Of a DNA stretch of 64,000 nt, positions 1 through 9,806 are shown one piece after another. The stretch's first letter is position 1. Every line of letters starts with the position of its first letter. The notes under the pieces were generated by a model, which searched no databases, was not told where the DNA came from, and was given only the letters and a program-made list of their open reading frames with translations. The position numbers and the translations under genes are program-made. Origin of the DNA: Turneriella sp. (GTDB lineage Bacteria; Spirochaetota; Leptospiria; Turneriellales; Turneriellaceae); NCBI GenBank assembly GCA_965279515.1, contig CBDIID010000003.1:3296001-3360000 (forward strand), read 5' to 3'.

Positions 1-1
1 A

Positions 2-343
2 CGGCTTGAACTCGTCAAAGACAAGCTAAAAAACCATGGCTACAAGGTTATTTTTTCAGCGCGGTTTATGCCGGGAGTGCGCTCACTCGTGTTCCTGTCT
101 TCCGGTGCGCTGGGCATTCCATTCCGAATTTTCCTGCTCTTCGACGGTATGGCAGCGCTCATTTCCGTGCCGGCGATCGTTTATTCCTGTTATTTTTTCG
201 GCAATCAAATCAATAAAGCGGTGGGAGTTATCAAGAATGTCGAGCACGGCATTCTCATCGTCATCGGCCTCGGAATTCTCTATTTCGTCGTGAAATATTT
301 TCTCAAAAAACGCCGCGAACGCAAAGAAGCCACAAGCGTCTGA
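2..343 (+). CDS. DedA/VTT family membrane protein (5'-truncated by window edge)
   Basis: Frame open from base 2: RLELVKDKLKNHGYKVIFSARFMPGVRSLVFLSSGALGIPFRIF; RF-x-PG-x-R DedA motif; hydrophobic C-terminus and basic tail. Confidence 0.85.
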   Translation, partial: RLELVKDKLKNHGYKVIFSARFMPGVRSLVFLSSGALGIPFRIFLLFDGMAALISVPAIVYSCYFFGNQINKAVGVIKNVEHGILIVIGLGILYFVVKYFLKKRRERKEATSV

Positions 344-346
344 AAA

Positions 347-1993
347 TCACAGGTCAATGTGCACGGCCTTTGACCACGGGCCGAACTCTTCGCCGACAAT
401 TGCCCGCACGCGGTAGGTGTTCGTGGCTTTTTTCAGCGGTAAAAGATCGTAACATTCGCTCTTGGTAATTGAACGTGAAACAGCAACCCAGTTGCTTCCG
501 GCATCGTCCCAGCGTTCCATCTGGTAGCCGAGCGCACCTGCAACATCTTCCCAGTCGGCCAGCACACGGCCGTTGACAAACTCGAGCTGGAAGCGTTCGA
601 TAATGGCATCAGCGGGATTGATGTTTTCGGGTGAGCGTTTTTCCTGGACGGATTTCTGCCTGCGTTCCTCTGCCATGACATGTACCTGACGGGCTACTTC
701 CGGAAATTTTGTCAGTACATTATCGAAGGTGAATTTATCGAGTGTATACAGGTCGCAATAATCGGCGGCGCGCACACTGGCCGTTCGCTCGCTGCTGAAA
801 AGAATAGCGATTTCCCCGAAAAAGCTGCCATCCGATAGCGTCGCGAACACAGTATTACCATCTTCAGACACGATTTCCACTTTGCCGCGACTGATGAAAT
901 ACATCTGATCGCCCATCTCACCCTTCCGGAAAATAAAATCTCCCGGCGTATAAAGTACGGGTTTTAAATTCAGTACGATCTGCCTTATCAGGTCATCGGG
1001 CGCGCCATTGAACATGGGCACTTTTTCGATGATTTCTTTATTGAGATGCAAGGCAACCTGCAATTTTAATGAAGAAGGTAGCTCATCGAGTACCGCAGAT
1101 TCGTCGAAACCGCGGCGATTGTTCCACAAGTAATCATAGTATGTGCGGATGCTATCCTGCAATTCGCCCGGAACATCGCGGTATTGCATGAAGGTCTGGA
1201 TTTTTTCCATTTTGGCGCGGAACTGCGTGCGCGCGAGATCGCTGTTTGCAAGCATACTCGCGAGATTACCAATGATGTAACCATACATGCCCGCACCCGT
1301 GAGCTGCACGAACATGGTGTAGATCATCTGCGGATTGGTCTTTGGCGTGATGTCCCCATAACCGATCGTTGTGATGGTCGTCATACACCAGTAGAGCGCC
1401 CTGATATAATGCGTCAGATCGCTGACGGGGTCTTTATTCGAGGGATCGATCTGAATTCCTAATGCCAGGCCACCGCAGGCAACCCAGTGTGCAATAATCA
1501 GTACGACAAAAATCGTAAACAGTAGCCGGACAATCCCCGGATTAATGAGCTCTTTCTTCCTTTTTGTCTCCAGGAAAGGAAAGATATGGTGCAGCCGAAG
1601 TAACTGCACCTGCAACAAGATCTGTATATAACGGGGAGAGAACAGACGCAGAGAACGCGCGGCATTAGAAGCCTCAGAAAGCCATCCGTCAGCAATCAGC
1701 AGATCGAACGGAATGGCGGTAATCAGGTCAACGATGAACCAGGATCGCAGGTATTTGATGGCTATGACCTTTTTCGAGGTGACTTCCTGGCCATCGACGG
1801 TTATCGTCGTGAAGAAGGTTACGAGGATATCGAGGCTGAAAATGATCGGATACGTGAAATGAATAAACCGGATCCATTGGGGCGTCGCATATTTCAGCGA
1901 AAGATGCAGTGGCACTTCGAGAGCAGCAAAAAGCGTTATGACAAGCAATACGGCATCGAAATAGCGCTTGTAACGGTTATCCTGCTTTATCAT
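347..1993 (-). CDS. Cyclic nucleotide-gated K+ channel (6TM, C-linker, CNBD) with extra C-terminal FN3-like domain
   Basis: TTIGYGD selectivity filter; FFGEIA...RTASVRA phosphate-binding cassette; about 85 aa beta-rich tail. Confidence 0.93.
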   Translation of the reverse strand: MIKQDNRYKRYFDAVLLVITLFAALEVPLHLSLKYATPQWIRFIHFTYPIIFSLDILVTFFTTITVDGQEVTSKKVIAIKYLRSWFIVDLITAIPFDLLIADGWLSEASNAARSLRLFSPRYIQILLQVQLLRLHHIFPFLETKRKKELINPGIVRLLFTIFVVLIIAHWVACGGLALGIQIDPSNKDPVSDLTHYIRALYWCMTTITTIGYGDITPKTNPQMIYTMFVQLTGAGMYGYIIGNLASMLANSDLARTQFRAKMEKIQTFMQYRDVPGELQDSIRTYYDYLWNNRRGFDESAVLDELPSSLKLQVALHLNKEIIEKVPMFNGAPDDLIRQIVLNLKPVLYTPGDFIFRKGEMGDQMYFISRGKVEIVSEDGNTVFATLSDGSFFGEIAILFSSERTASVRAADYCDLYTLDKFTFDNVLTKFPEVARQVHVMAEERRQKSVQEKRSPENINPADAIIERFQLEFVNGRVLADWEDVAGALGYQMERWDDAGSNWVAVSRSITKSECYDLLPLKKATNTYRVRAIVGEEFGPWSKAVHIDL

Positions 1994-2092
1994 AAATGCC
2001 CGCGGCTATCTTTGAATATCGGCCAGCAAGCATGTGGTGTTTAGGCCTGCCTGCCACGAAAGCGGAAATCTCCTGATTTTCTGCCCCGAAGG

Positions 2093-3211
2093 TTACTTCA
2101 GGTAGGTCAGCGCTTCAGGGATCGGATAGGTATAGAGCATCACCGGCGTGTCTTTGAGCTCGGCCAGCGCAGTGATGGCTTGCACTATCGGTTCAACCTG
2201 GTTAGGGCCGAGGCTCGCAAGAATGATTTCGCGCTCATCGCTTTTTTCGAGCGAATGCGCCTTTTGCTGCTGCGGATAGGCATTGGCATAGATGACCGAC
2301 GTGCCGCCGGCACCCGCTTCCATGGCTGCAAGCGAAACGGCGTCGCCCAACCCGCGCTTGACGATGACGTTGAGGCCCATGAGGTTAGTCAGCTTCTTTC
2401 TTTCTTTTTTCGTCGCAGTCTGCACGGTACCGCTGGCGCGCCAGTTGGTGTTACCCTGAATCTGGTCGATGGCTTTGATAATCTGCTCCATCGTCGCTGG
2501 GTAGGGCGTTGTGTTCTGCCAGCTGATTGTGTTGATGAGGCCCTTTTCTACGCGGTGCGTGGAGATAAAACCCATCGCCGGTTGATCGAGTTTGCCCTCT
2601 TCGACCATGATCTCGAAGATACGCTCAGCTTCGGCCGAACCAACAACAACTTCGAGCAGTTCCTTTTTGGGATTGATCGCCAGCTGCAGCATGAAGTTCA
2701 GCCGATCGCGTATGCCGTGGCCATAACCGAAACTGATTGTCGGCGAAGGACTACCGGCCACCATCGCGCCGCGCGCGATTTCTTCAGCCATACCGCGCTG
2801 GCTGATACAGGTGATGGCTACGAGGTCTTTGTGGAATTCATAACTCTCGCCTGCCGCGACGGGAGAACCCGCAAACGGATCGGTGCCCGAAATCCAGAAG
2901 TCGTGTATGCGGCTCGCATAGATTGCGCCACCACCGAAGTGGTCGAGCTTACCGGTTTTGATGAGGTTGGTCATCACCGTGTCGACATGGGCCGCCGGTA
3001 CCAGCAGGTAGAGAGTGTCGAGTGAGGGGGAGATCCCACCGAGTTTAAAGAAGCCGACCTTTTTGCCGTGCATGAGCCCGCGCGCATTGGTGACGAATGT
3101 GGGCTTTACACCCATATCGATCGCCGACTGTACGAGAGTCTTGCTCTTCGAGCGGTCAACGACACAGGTAACGAGGTAGTAGTCGGTGAAGTGTTGTAAT
3201 TTATCGATCAT
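2093..3211 (-). CDS. Protein with three tandem PII/GlnB-like domains
   Basis: Three ~100-aa units starting LVTCVVDRSK, VAITCISQRG, LNVIVKRG; units 1-2 end GKLDHFGGGAIY and GKLDQPAMGFIS; ATGA overlap with upstream DUF1538 gene. Confidence 0.75.
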   Translation of the reverse strand: MIDKLQHFTDYYLVTCVVDRSKSKTLVQSAIDMGVKPTFVTNARGLMHGKKVGFFKLGGISPSLDTLYLLVPAAHVDTVMTNLIKTGKLDHFGGGAIYASRIHDFWISGTDPFAGSPVAAGESYEFHKDLVAITCISQRGMAEEIARGAMVAGSPSPTISFGYGHGIRDRLNFMLQLAINPKKELLEVVVGSAEAERIFEIMVEEGKLDQPAMGFISTHRVEKGLINTISWQNTTPYPATMEQIIKAIDQIQGNTNWRASGTVQTATKKERKKLTNLMGLNVIVKRGLGDAVSLAAMEAGAGGTSVIYANAYPQQQKAHSLEKSDEREIILASLGPNQVEPIVQAITALAELKDTPVMLYTYPIPEALTYLK

Positions 3212-4824
3212 TGTGCGGCCGCCGTTTCACGCGGGGTTCTCAGGCGTATGTAAAGCCCAAGCAGCAGAATATTGAGAACCGGATATGCAGAAGCAAGGGC
3301 GAGTACGCCGAAACCTTCACCTGCACCGGTCGCCGAACTGAGCGAAAGGCCGATCGCAAGTTTCAGGGGCACGGTCACGGGGCCCGTGGTGACCGCGCCA
3401 CCGTCCCATGCGATGTTGACGTATTTCTCTTCGTTGAAAATCGTCAGTACCAGCAGGAGTCCGTACGGCGGCAAAAGCAGGTAAAGAAGATCAATGTTAT
3501 ACAGAAGTGAAATGATTCCGAGCCCTGCGCCAATACCCACGCCCAAAGCCACAGCCTGGCTGAATAAATTCTTTTTGAACGCACCCTGCGTCACGTCTTC
3601 GACCTGCTGCCCGAGGACGTTGAAGGCCGGTTCGGCAAGTGTCGCGCCATAACCCAAGATCACGGCGAAGATGACAACAATGACCTTTCCGAAGTTTGTG
3701 CCATAGAGCGGCGCCATCGCATCGATCGGCGGTTTCGCATCGGCAAGGAAGGCGTTGGGTAATGTGTCACCGACCTGGTTGCCGAGTTCACTTAAACCCA
3801 CTGCGAGGCCAAAGTTAAAAAGGAACAGGCCGATAATGGCGAAAAAGATCGCGAGCACGAGCTGCGGAGTGGGGATGCCTTTCTCTTTCAGGAAAAAGCG
3901 CATCACCACAAAAAGGAATGTGAAGATCGGCAGAATCGCCTGCACACCCAACAGCGCCGAATCTTTCACCATCATCAGCATTGAAGGGGCAACGACAACT
4001 TCCGCGGGGCCGTGAGCGACGGCAGCCGCGTGGCCCTGATCGAGAAAAGATAAAATGAAAGTCAAAATAACAACCATCGTAATCGGTATGATGGAAATAA
4101 GCGCAACCATGCCGAAGCCTGCCATGCCACCGTCACCCCGACCCGTGGCGCGGCAAACGCCGAGCCCAAGGGCAAGCACGAGCGGACAGAGCACGGGACC
4201 GACAATCACGGCTCCGGTATCCCATGCTAAACCGATGGCTTCTTTCAGATGCTGGTTGCGTGAGGCGACGAGTGTGAGGACAATACCGATACCGATGAGC
4301 GGCAGTACAATCGGCTTGAGGCTCCAGCCGTAGATGAACCGCATGGTGCCAATGACCACGGCGACGCCGACGCCGAAAGCCACCGTAAACACGAGGTAGA
4401 AGGGTTTGCCTTTTAAGAGTTTATAGAGCAGGGGCGAATGCGATTCCTGAAGGCTCGAGCCCGCCTGCTGCAGAGAACCGATCACAGGCTCGCCGAATGC
4501 CGCGAGTACGCCGAGTACGAAGGCAAATAACAGAATGGTTTTGCCGGAACTGCGCTTGGGCAGTGTGTTACCGACAGTCTCGCCGATCGGAACGAGGCCG
4601 ATCTTCACACCCTCGAGAAAAAACGCGAGGCCCATGATGACCATCGAGATGCCACCGACCATGCCACCGATTTTCTCGAGGCCAAAACGCAGAATGACGA
4701 TCTGGAATGCCACCAGGTAGAGGCACACCGGCGCCACAATCACGACCTGTTCTTTGATATTGTGGTACGCATACGGCAAAAGTATGCGCATCTGCTCGCC
4801 GAATGAGAGTTTAATCCGTTCCAT
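3208..4824 (-). CDS. DUF1538 family membrane protein (two fused repeats), putative transporter
   Basis: Two homologous hydrophobic halves with GEP/AEP and AWDTGAVIVGPV / AWDGGAVTTGPVTVP motifs, FGMVAL/FGVLALAS. Confidence 0.85.
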   Translation of the reverse strand: MERIKLSFGEQMRILLPYAYHNIKEQVVIVAPVCLYLVAFQIVILRFGLEKIGGMVGGISMVIMGLAFFLEGVKIGLVPIGETVGNTLPKRSSGKTILLFAFVLGVLAAFGEPVIGSLQQAGSSLQESHSPLLYKLLKGKPFYLVFTVAFGVGVAVVIGTMRFIYGWSLKPIVLPLIGIGIVLTLVASRNQHLKEAIGLAWDTGAVIVGPVLCPLVLALGLGVCRATGRGDGGMAGFGMVALISIIPITMVVILTFILSFLDQGHAAAVAHGPAEVVVAPSMLMMVKDSALLGVQAILPIFTFLFVVMRFFLKEKGIPTPQLVLAIFFAIIGLFLFNFGLAVGLSELGNQVGDTLPNAFLADAKPPIDAMAPLYGTNFGKVIVVIFAVILGYGATLAEPAFNVLGQQVEDVTQGAFKKNLFSQAVALGVGIGAGLGIISLLYNIDLLYLLLPPYGLLLVLTIFNEEKYVNIAWDGGAVTTGPVTVPLKLAIGLSLSSATGAGEGFGVLALASAYPVLNILLLGLYIRLRTPRETAAAQ

Positions 4825-4893
4825 AGACCGCCTGCTAAGGCCAGCCTTTCTTACGCGGTTGTAATTGGAATCATTTTTAACAGAATTTTAACA

Positions 4894-5511
4894 CTAGCCG
4901 GGCGGTTTTGTCGCAGCAATACTGGGGTTCGCGGCGTGAAAATCCAGGTAGGCCTTCAGCGTCGGGTCGCTCAGCACCGGGTACATCTCACGAAAGCGCA
5001 GCCAATCGAGAATACAATAGAATGTCAGCTCTGAGAGACCGATTTTTTTCTCGGCTGTGAAATAATTCTCTGTCAATTGGGTCTTGAGCCAGGTGAGGAT
5101 AGACTCTGTGCGGGCGCGCTGCTTCACGAGGTAAGCCACCTTATCGACTTCGACGCCGTCTTTGCGCAGATAGAAGACATTGATCGCCGATTCGACGCAG
5201 CCGTCGGCCGCCGTGACGAGATTTTTCTCCCGCCAGACTTCCGCGCCCTGCGGCTCACGCAGCAGTTTCGCATTCCCCTTGTGTTTTTTCGAAAGATATT
5301 CAATGATGGTGTGGCTATCCCACAGCACGATGCCATCGATTTCGACGCAAGGTACTTTCCAGATTGGGTTCTTCTTGCGCATTGCGGCCTGCCCGGCGTC
5401 GGTGAGTGAGTCGACGAGTTCAAAGGGGATATCCAGTTCGTGGCACAAATAACGCAGGCGCCGTACGAAGGGTGAGGTGACACTGCCGTAGAGGGTAATG
5501 GGGTTGGGCAT
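4894..5511 (-). CDS. Glutathione S-transferase family protein
   Basis: LYGSVTSPFVRR, NPIWKVP, WDSHTIIEYL GST N-terminal motifs. Confidence 0.88.
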   Translation of the reverse strand: MPNPITLYGSVTSPFVRRLRYLCHELDIPFELVDSLTDAGQAAMRKKNPIWKVPCVEIDGIVLWDSHTIIEYLSKKHKGNAKLLREPQGAEVWREKNLVTAADGCVESAINVFYLRKDGVEVDKVAYLVKQRARTESILTWLKTQLTENYFTAEKKIGLSELTFYCILDWLRFREMYPVLSDPTLKAYLDFHAANPSIAATKPPG

Positions 5512-5600
5512 AATTTAAACCCCGGTATATCGCGGAAAATAAGTCTTCGCAGCAATCGGAAAAATCTGCATGGTTTTGCCGCAGGAGGCAGCTTAGGGCC

Positions 5601-6407
5601 TTATCCCAGAATCCGGCCGAAAATAAATTCGTTCAGACCCTTGGGAATTAGCGCTGAGGCGAAACCCGCGGCGTGGCCAAGACCAATAGGGTAGCGCAAA
5701 TCTGGCTTATCCTTGCGGGCAACTTTCAGTATCAGCGCCGCGATATCTTCCGGCGCAGATGCTATGAAGCCGCTTCCGGATTCCAGGTTTTCAACCAGCC
5801 CGAATACACGTTGGTAATCGGGAATATTGTTCGGAGACTTTTCCAGGTTTTGGGTAATGTTTGTCCTGACCGGGCCCGGCTCGATCAGTGACACAAAGAC
5901 ATCAAACCGGATCATCTCATAGCGGAGCGCCTCGCAGAAGCCTTCAATGGCGTACTTTGAGGCACAATAGGCTGACAGCATGGGCGCGGCAAACCGTCCA
6001 AAGCCAGAGCTGATTTGGATGATTTTGCCCTTCCTCTGGATGCGCATTTGCGGCAATGCCATTTGAATCAGCCGGACGCTGGCAAAATAATTTATCTCAA
6101 ACTGCCGGCGCATCATGTCTGGCGATGCCTCTTCAGCCGGCCCGACGGCCATCGCTCCGGCGTTATTGATGAGGATATCCACACCACTCTTGATGAATTC
6201 GTGATCCCCCAGCTGCAATTCCAATGCTCGCGCATCTGCGAGGTCGACTCGTACGATCTGTATTTTCGGAAATTGCGACCGCAGCCGAAGTTCATCAGAC
6301 TCCTTTCTGACTGTCGCAAGGATCTCATACTCCTGTGTTGCGCTCATTGCGCTCAGTGTTTCGTATCCGATACCCGAGGATACTCCCGTGATAAGTACTT
6401 TATCCAT
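5601..6407 (-). CDS. Short-chain dehydrogenase/reductase
   Basis: TGVSSGIG, NNAG, YCASK; start moved to ATG 6407 (MDKVLITG). Confidence 0.9.
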   Translation of the reverse strand: MDKVLITGVSSGIGYETLSAMSATQEYEILATVRKESDELRLRSQFPKIQIVRVDLADARALELQLGDHEFIKSGVDILINNAGAMAVGPAEEASPDMMRRQFEINYFASVRLIQMALPQMRIQRKGKIIQISSGFGRFAAPMLSAYCASKYAIEGFCEALRYEMIRFDVFVSLIEPGPVRTNITQNLEKSPNNIPDYQRVFGLVENLESGSGFIASAPEDIAALILKVARKDKPDLRYPIGLGHAAGFASALIPKGLNEFIFGRILG

Positions 6408-6516
6408 GCGTACGTCAGAAATCAGGTGCAAACAAAGAGTAAACAACAAACCGGTAAACTGTGGTCCGCTGGGATTTAAAAGTGTCGATACGTCCTTCCT
6501 TCTGGAATTAGTCCGC

Positions 6517-7287
6517 ATGAAGCTTGAAAATAAGAACATTATTATTGTCGGCGGTTCCGATGGAATCGGCCAGGCCGTGGCTGTTGAGCTAAGCCGCGGG
6601 AATAATACCATTGCGATCATTGCGCGGAATCAAAAAACGCTCGAGGAGACTGCTGCGATGATTCGCCGAAACGGCAGCAAGGCTATCGTGAAAATCGCCG
6701 ACGCACTCGATACGGAAATCGCCGAAAAAACTGTGCAGGAACTGAGTGCAGAAATGGGCCGCATCGATATGGCGCTGCTGAACGTGGGCGGCGCCGGAAG
6801 CACTTTGGAGGTTTTGACGGGGAAACCCGGCGACGCAAATATGACAATGCGCCTGAATTTTGAAACGATGACAAATTATCTATTCCCGCTGGCGAAAATC
6901 ATGAAGGGACAGGCGGGCGGTGGCATTATTGCACATACGAATTCACTCGCGGGATTCATCGGCATGCCGCTTGCCATGCATTACAATGCCGGGAAAGCGG
7001 CGACCCGGATCTTCTTAGATGGCGCCCGGATTGAACTCGCCAGGCACGATATTCGTATCGTTAATCTCTGCCCGGGGTTTGTGGAAACCCGCCTGCAAGA
7101 AAACAATCCGTTACCGAAGCCATTTCTGATGAGCGCCGAGACCGCTGCAAAAGAGATGGTGCAGGCAATCGCCGATGAAAAGGCCGAGCATCTCTTCCCC
7201 TGGCAATTAGCGGTAGGTACCACATTGGGCCAAATGCAGCCCAAGTGGGTATTACAAAAATTCTTTGAGTTGGCTGTGCCTGAGTGA
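6517..7287 (+). CDS. Short-chain dehydrogenase/reductase
   Basis: GGSDGIG, YNAGK, CPGFVET; start moved to ATG 6517; divergent from the previous SDR. Confidence 0.9.
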   Translation: MKLENKNIIIVGGSDGIGQAVAVELSRGNNTIAIIARNQKTLEETAAMIRRNGSKAIVKIADALDTEIAEKTVQELSAEMGRIDMALLNVGGAGSTLEVLTGKPGDANMTMRLNFETMTNYLFPLAKIMKGQAGGGIIAHTNSLAGFIGMPLAMHYNAGKAATRIFLDGARIELARHDIRIVNLCPGFVETRLQENNPLPKPFLMSAETAAKEMVQAIADEKAEHLFPWQLAVGTTLGQMQPKWVLQKFFELAVPE

Positions 7288-7305
7288 CCTGGAAAAGTTT
7301 TTCGG

Positions 7306-8847
7306 CTAGTCTGCCCCGATGATCGGCTTTTTGTAGGAGTACAAACCGTGAACGCCGCCCTGCGCCTGCGCCGCAAGCGAACGGGGTTCAAAACGCAGCT
7401 TGCTGGTGTGCAGCGCCTGGTGCAGGCCAGAGATGTCTTTGCAACCCATGTCCTGTAATGCATGGCGTACACCCTGCATCAGGTAAGGTACGAACTCGAA
7501 TAAGCTGCCTTTGTCGACGACTGCGCCTGAAACCCCTTGAGCTACGCGGATCTTCTGGTCTTCGACGTTATAACGTTTGGCGCCGCCGCCTGAACCTTCC
7601 ATCGCTTCAATAGAAGCCATGCCGCGGAATTTTTTGAGCCGCACGCCGTTCTCGTAGTAGTAGTCGCCCGGTGCTTCTTTGCTGCCGGCAAGCAGCGAAC
7701 CGCACATGACTGCACTGCCGCCGACGGCGAGTGCCTTGGCAATATCGCCGATGTTGGCGATACCGCCGTCGGCGATTACGGGTATTTTATGTTTCGCAGC
7801 CATGAGCGCGGTGTAATAGACCGCCGTCGCCTGCGAACGGCCGCAGGCCATGGTGTCCTGCGTGATGCAGATCGAACCCGGACCCATGCCGATACGCAGT
7901 GCATCTGCGCCGGCTTTGATGAGTGCCTCGCCTTGTTCGCGTGTAACGACATTGCCGGCGACGACATCGACCTCGGGATGTTTTTTCTTGAGCTCCTTCA
8001 ACAGGTCGATCTGGAATTTCGAATAACCTTGCGCTGAATCGACGACGAGCAGGTCGACGCCGCGCGCGACCAGCATGTCGATGCGTTCGCGGTCATGCGG
8101 GTGCGTCGAGACTGCGGCGCCGACGCGCAGACGCTTCTGCGCATCTTTGGTTGCAAGCGGATATTCGCGGTTTTTCTGTAAGTCGGTGCGGCTCATGAGC
8201 GCCACAAGGCGGCCGTTCTTGTCGATGATTGGCAATTTGCCTTTTTTAGACTTACGCAGTATTTCATTCGCCTCGACGAGCGAGACACCTTTAAGTGCGG
8301 TGACGACGTCGGTGGTCATGACTTTGGAAAGCGGAATCGAACGGTTCTTCTCAAAATCGACATCACGGTTAGCGACGATACCGACAAGTTTTGTCATCAA
8401 TGTGCCGTCTTCGGTGATCGGTACACCATGGAAGCCATAACGCTCGGCGATGTTGTCGATGTCGGCGATGGTATTTTTCGGAGAGAGCACGATAGGTTCG
8501 GTAATGAAGCCGTTCTCAAAACGTTTCACGCGTTCGACCTGTGCGGCCTGCTCTTCGATCGAAAGGTTGTTGTGGATGATGCCGATGCCGCCCAATAGCG
8601 CCATGGTGATCGCCATGCGGCTTTCGGTAACGGTGTCCATGGGCGAACTGATGAGTGGCAGTTTGGTTTTGACATTGCGCGTGATGCGTGTCTCGAGGCT
8701 GACATCCTGCGGGGCGAAATCGATATAACCGGGAAGAATAAGAAAATCTTTATAGGTGATACCCTGGTCTTTTTCAAAAACCTGGGAAGCTGAAAAACCG
8801 TCGATGTATTTGCTTTTGGAAGTTTTAGAGGAAGTGCTGCGTGCCAT
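7306..8847 (-). CDS. guaB: IMP dehydrogenase with CBS pair (eukaryote-type signatures)
   Basis: [20 protein letters not shown] catalytic Cys, IADGG, RGMAS, VAQGVSG; start ATG 8847. Confidence 0.97.
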   Translation of the reverse strand: MARSTSSKTSKSKYIDGFSASQVFEKDQGITYKDFLILPGYIDFAPQDVSLETRITRNVKTKLPLISSPMDTVTESRMAITMALLGGIGIIHNNLSIEEQAAQVERVKRFENGFITEPIVLSPKNTIADIDNIAERYGFHGVPITEDGTLMTKLVGIVANRDVDFEKNRSIPLSKVMTTDVVTALKGVSLVEANEILRKSKKGKLPIIDKNGRLVALMSRTDLQKNREYPLATKDAQKRLRVGAAVSTHPHDRERIDMLVARGVDLLVVDSAQGYSKFQIDLLKELKKKHPEVDVVAGNVVTREQGEALIKAGADALRIGMGPGSICITQDTMACGRSQATAVYYTALMAAKHKIPVIADGGIANIGDIAKALAVGGSAVMCGSLLAGSKEAPGDYYYENGVRLKKFRGMASIEAMEGSGGGAKRYNVEDQKIRVAQGVSGAVVDKGSLFEFVPYLMQGVRHALQDMGCKDISGLHQALHTSKLRFEPRSLAAQAQGGVHGLYSYKKPIIGAD

Positions 8848-8852
8848 GTGAT

Positions 8853-8880
8853 AGTTTAAGGAAAAAAAACACGCGGTCAA
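8853..8880 (-). promoter_or_regulatory. Putative sigma70 promoter for guaB, near-leaderless
   Basis: Minus strand TTGACC-N16-TAAACT, then 5 nt to the ATG; no obvious SD. Confidence 0.45.
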
Positions 8881-8939
8881 GTTTAATTAAAAGTCTCGAC
8901 GGCGGGCAAAAAACCTGAAAAACGTTGCCGGAGGAGCGA

Positions 8940-9704
8940 ATGCGCGCGCCGAAAAAATATTTCACCCAGGTGCCTGTTTTTGCGCTAATCTGTATATTCG
9001 TTGGGTTTGCTTTTTCCTTATCGAGCCTTTCAGTACGCGATCAAAGGTTTCAGGCCCTTTTTTTCGAGAATACAATCTCAGCACTGTGCATCGGTCTTTG
9101 CGCTTTTACCAGCGGTTTTATAGCTTACCAACATCTCCGCCATCAACGTGTTCCCCAATTTTATCTGAAAAGCCTCGGGGCCTCCCTCTTGGGTGGTCTC
9201 ATGGGCCGAACACTTGCGGTATTATTACATAAATTCACCTCAGGAAGTTTGCCGATTGTGTGTTTAGATTTGATTCTTTCTTTCGTACCCGCGCTTATGA
9301 TGACATTTCTCATTGCAACGGGTTATATTTTCTACTGGCACCACGGAGAACCTGTCGCGAAAGCCGGTGATTTTCCGGAAACGATTGAGATCCGTTCAGA
9401 GGGTAAGCTCCGTTATCTGCCGGTCCGCTCGATCTGCTACCTCACCGCCAACGGCAAGAGGACCATTATTCACACCGAATCGGGTGACCACACGGTGAAC
9501 ATGCTGCTCAAGGAGTTTCTCCGCCGGTTTTCGATTCCCGGGCTCATGCGATCGCATAAAAAACATGCCGTGCAGACGCGCGCGATCCAGTCGCTGCGGC
9601 ATAACCATTCGGGTGAATATCTCGCCGCTCTTGCCGGCGAGGCGTTTATTGTGCCGGTTTCCCCGAAATTTCTGCCCCAGATACGCCGGGCAAAAACCGG
9701 TTGA
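8940..9704 (+). CDS. Membrane-anchored LytTR-domain transcriptional regulator
   Basis: About 4 TM helices then LytTR (ICYLTANGKRTIIHT, RSHKKHAV, VPVS); no receiver domain. Confidence 0.85.
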   Translation: MRAPKKYFTQVPVFALICIFVGFAFSLSSLSVRDQRFQALFFENTISALCIGLCAFTSGFIAYQHLRHQRVPQFYLKSLGASLLGGLMGRTLAVLLHKFTSGSLPIVCLDLILSFVPALMMTFLIATGYIFYWHHGEPVAKAGDFPETIEIRSEGKLRYLPVRSICYLTANGKRTIIHTESGDHTVNMLLKEFLRRFSIPGLMRSHKKHAVQTRAIQSLRHNHSGEYLAALAGEAFIVPVSPKFLPQIRRAKTG

Positions 9705-9705
9705 T

Positions 9706-9770
9706 TTTGTTCCAGTTTTTTCCGCTTTGTTCCATCCCCCATTGACAATGGTGCACCGGGGGATTATAAG
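9706..9770 (+). promoter_or_regulatory. Direct repeat TTTGTTCCA x2 followed by a sigma70 promoter
   Basis: TTTGTTCCA at 9706-9714 and 9726-9734; TTGACA 9742-9747, 17 nt spacer, TATAAG 9765-9770. Confidence 0.65.
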
Positions 9771-9806
9771 CGAGACTCAAAATCTGTTTCTAGTAAGGAA
9801 GGTTCA

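Noticed and set aside
2180..3025. Long antisense ORFs (also 57595-58353, 29968-30753, 10968-11717 and others)
   Set aside because: Shadow frames opposite well-supported genes, expected at this GC content; no recognisable motifs.
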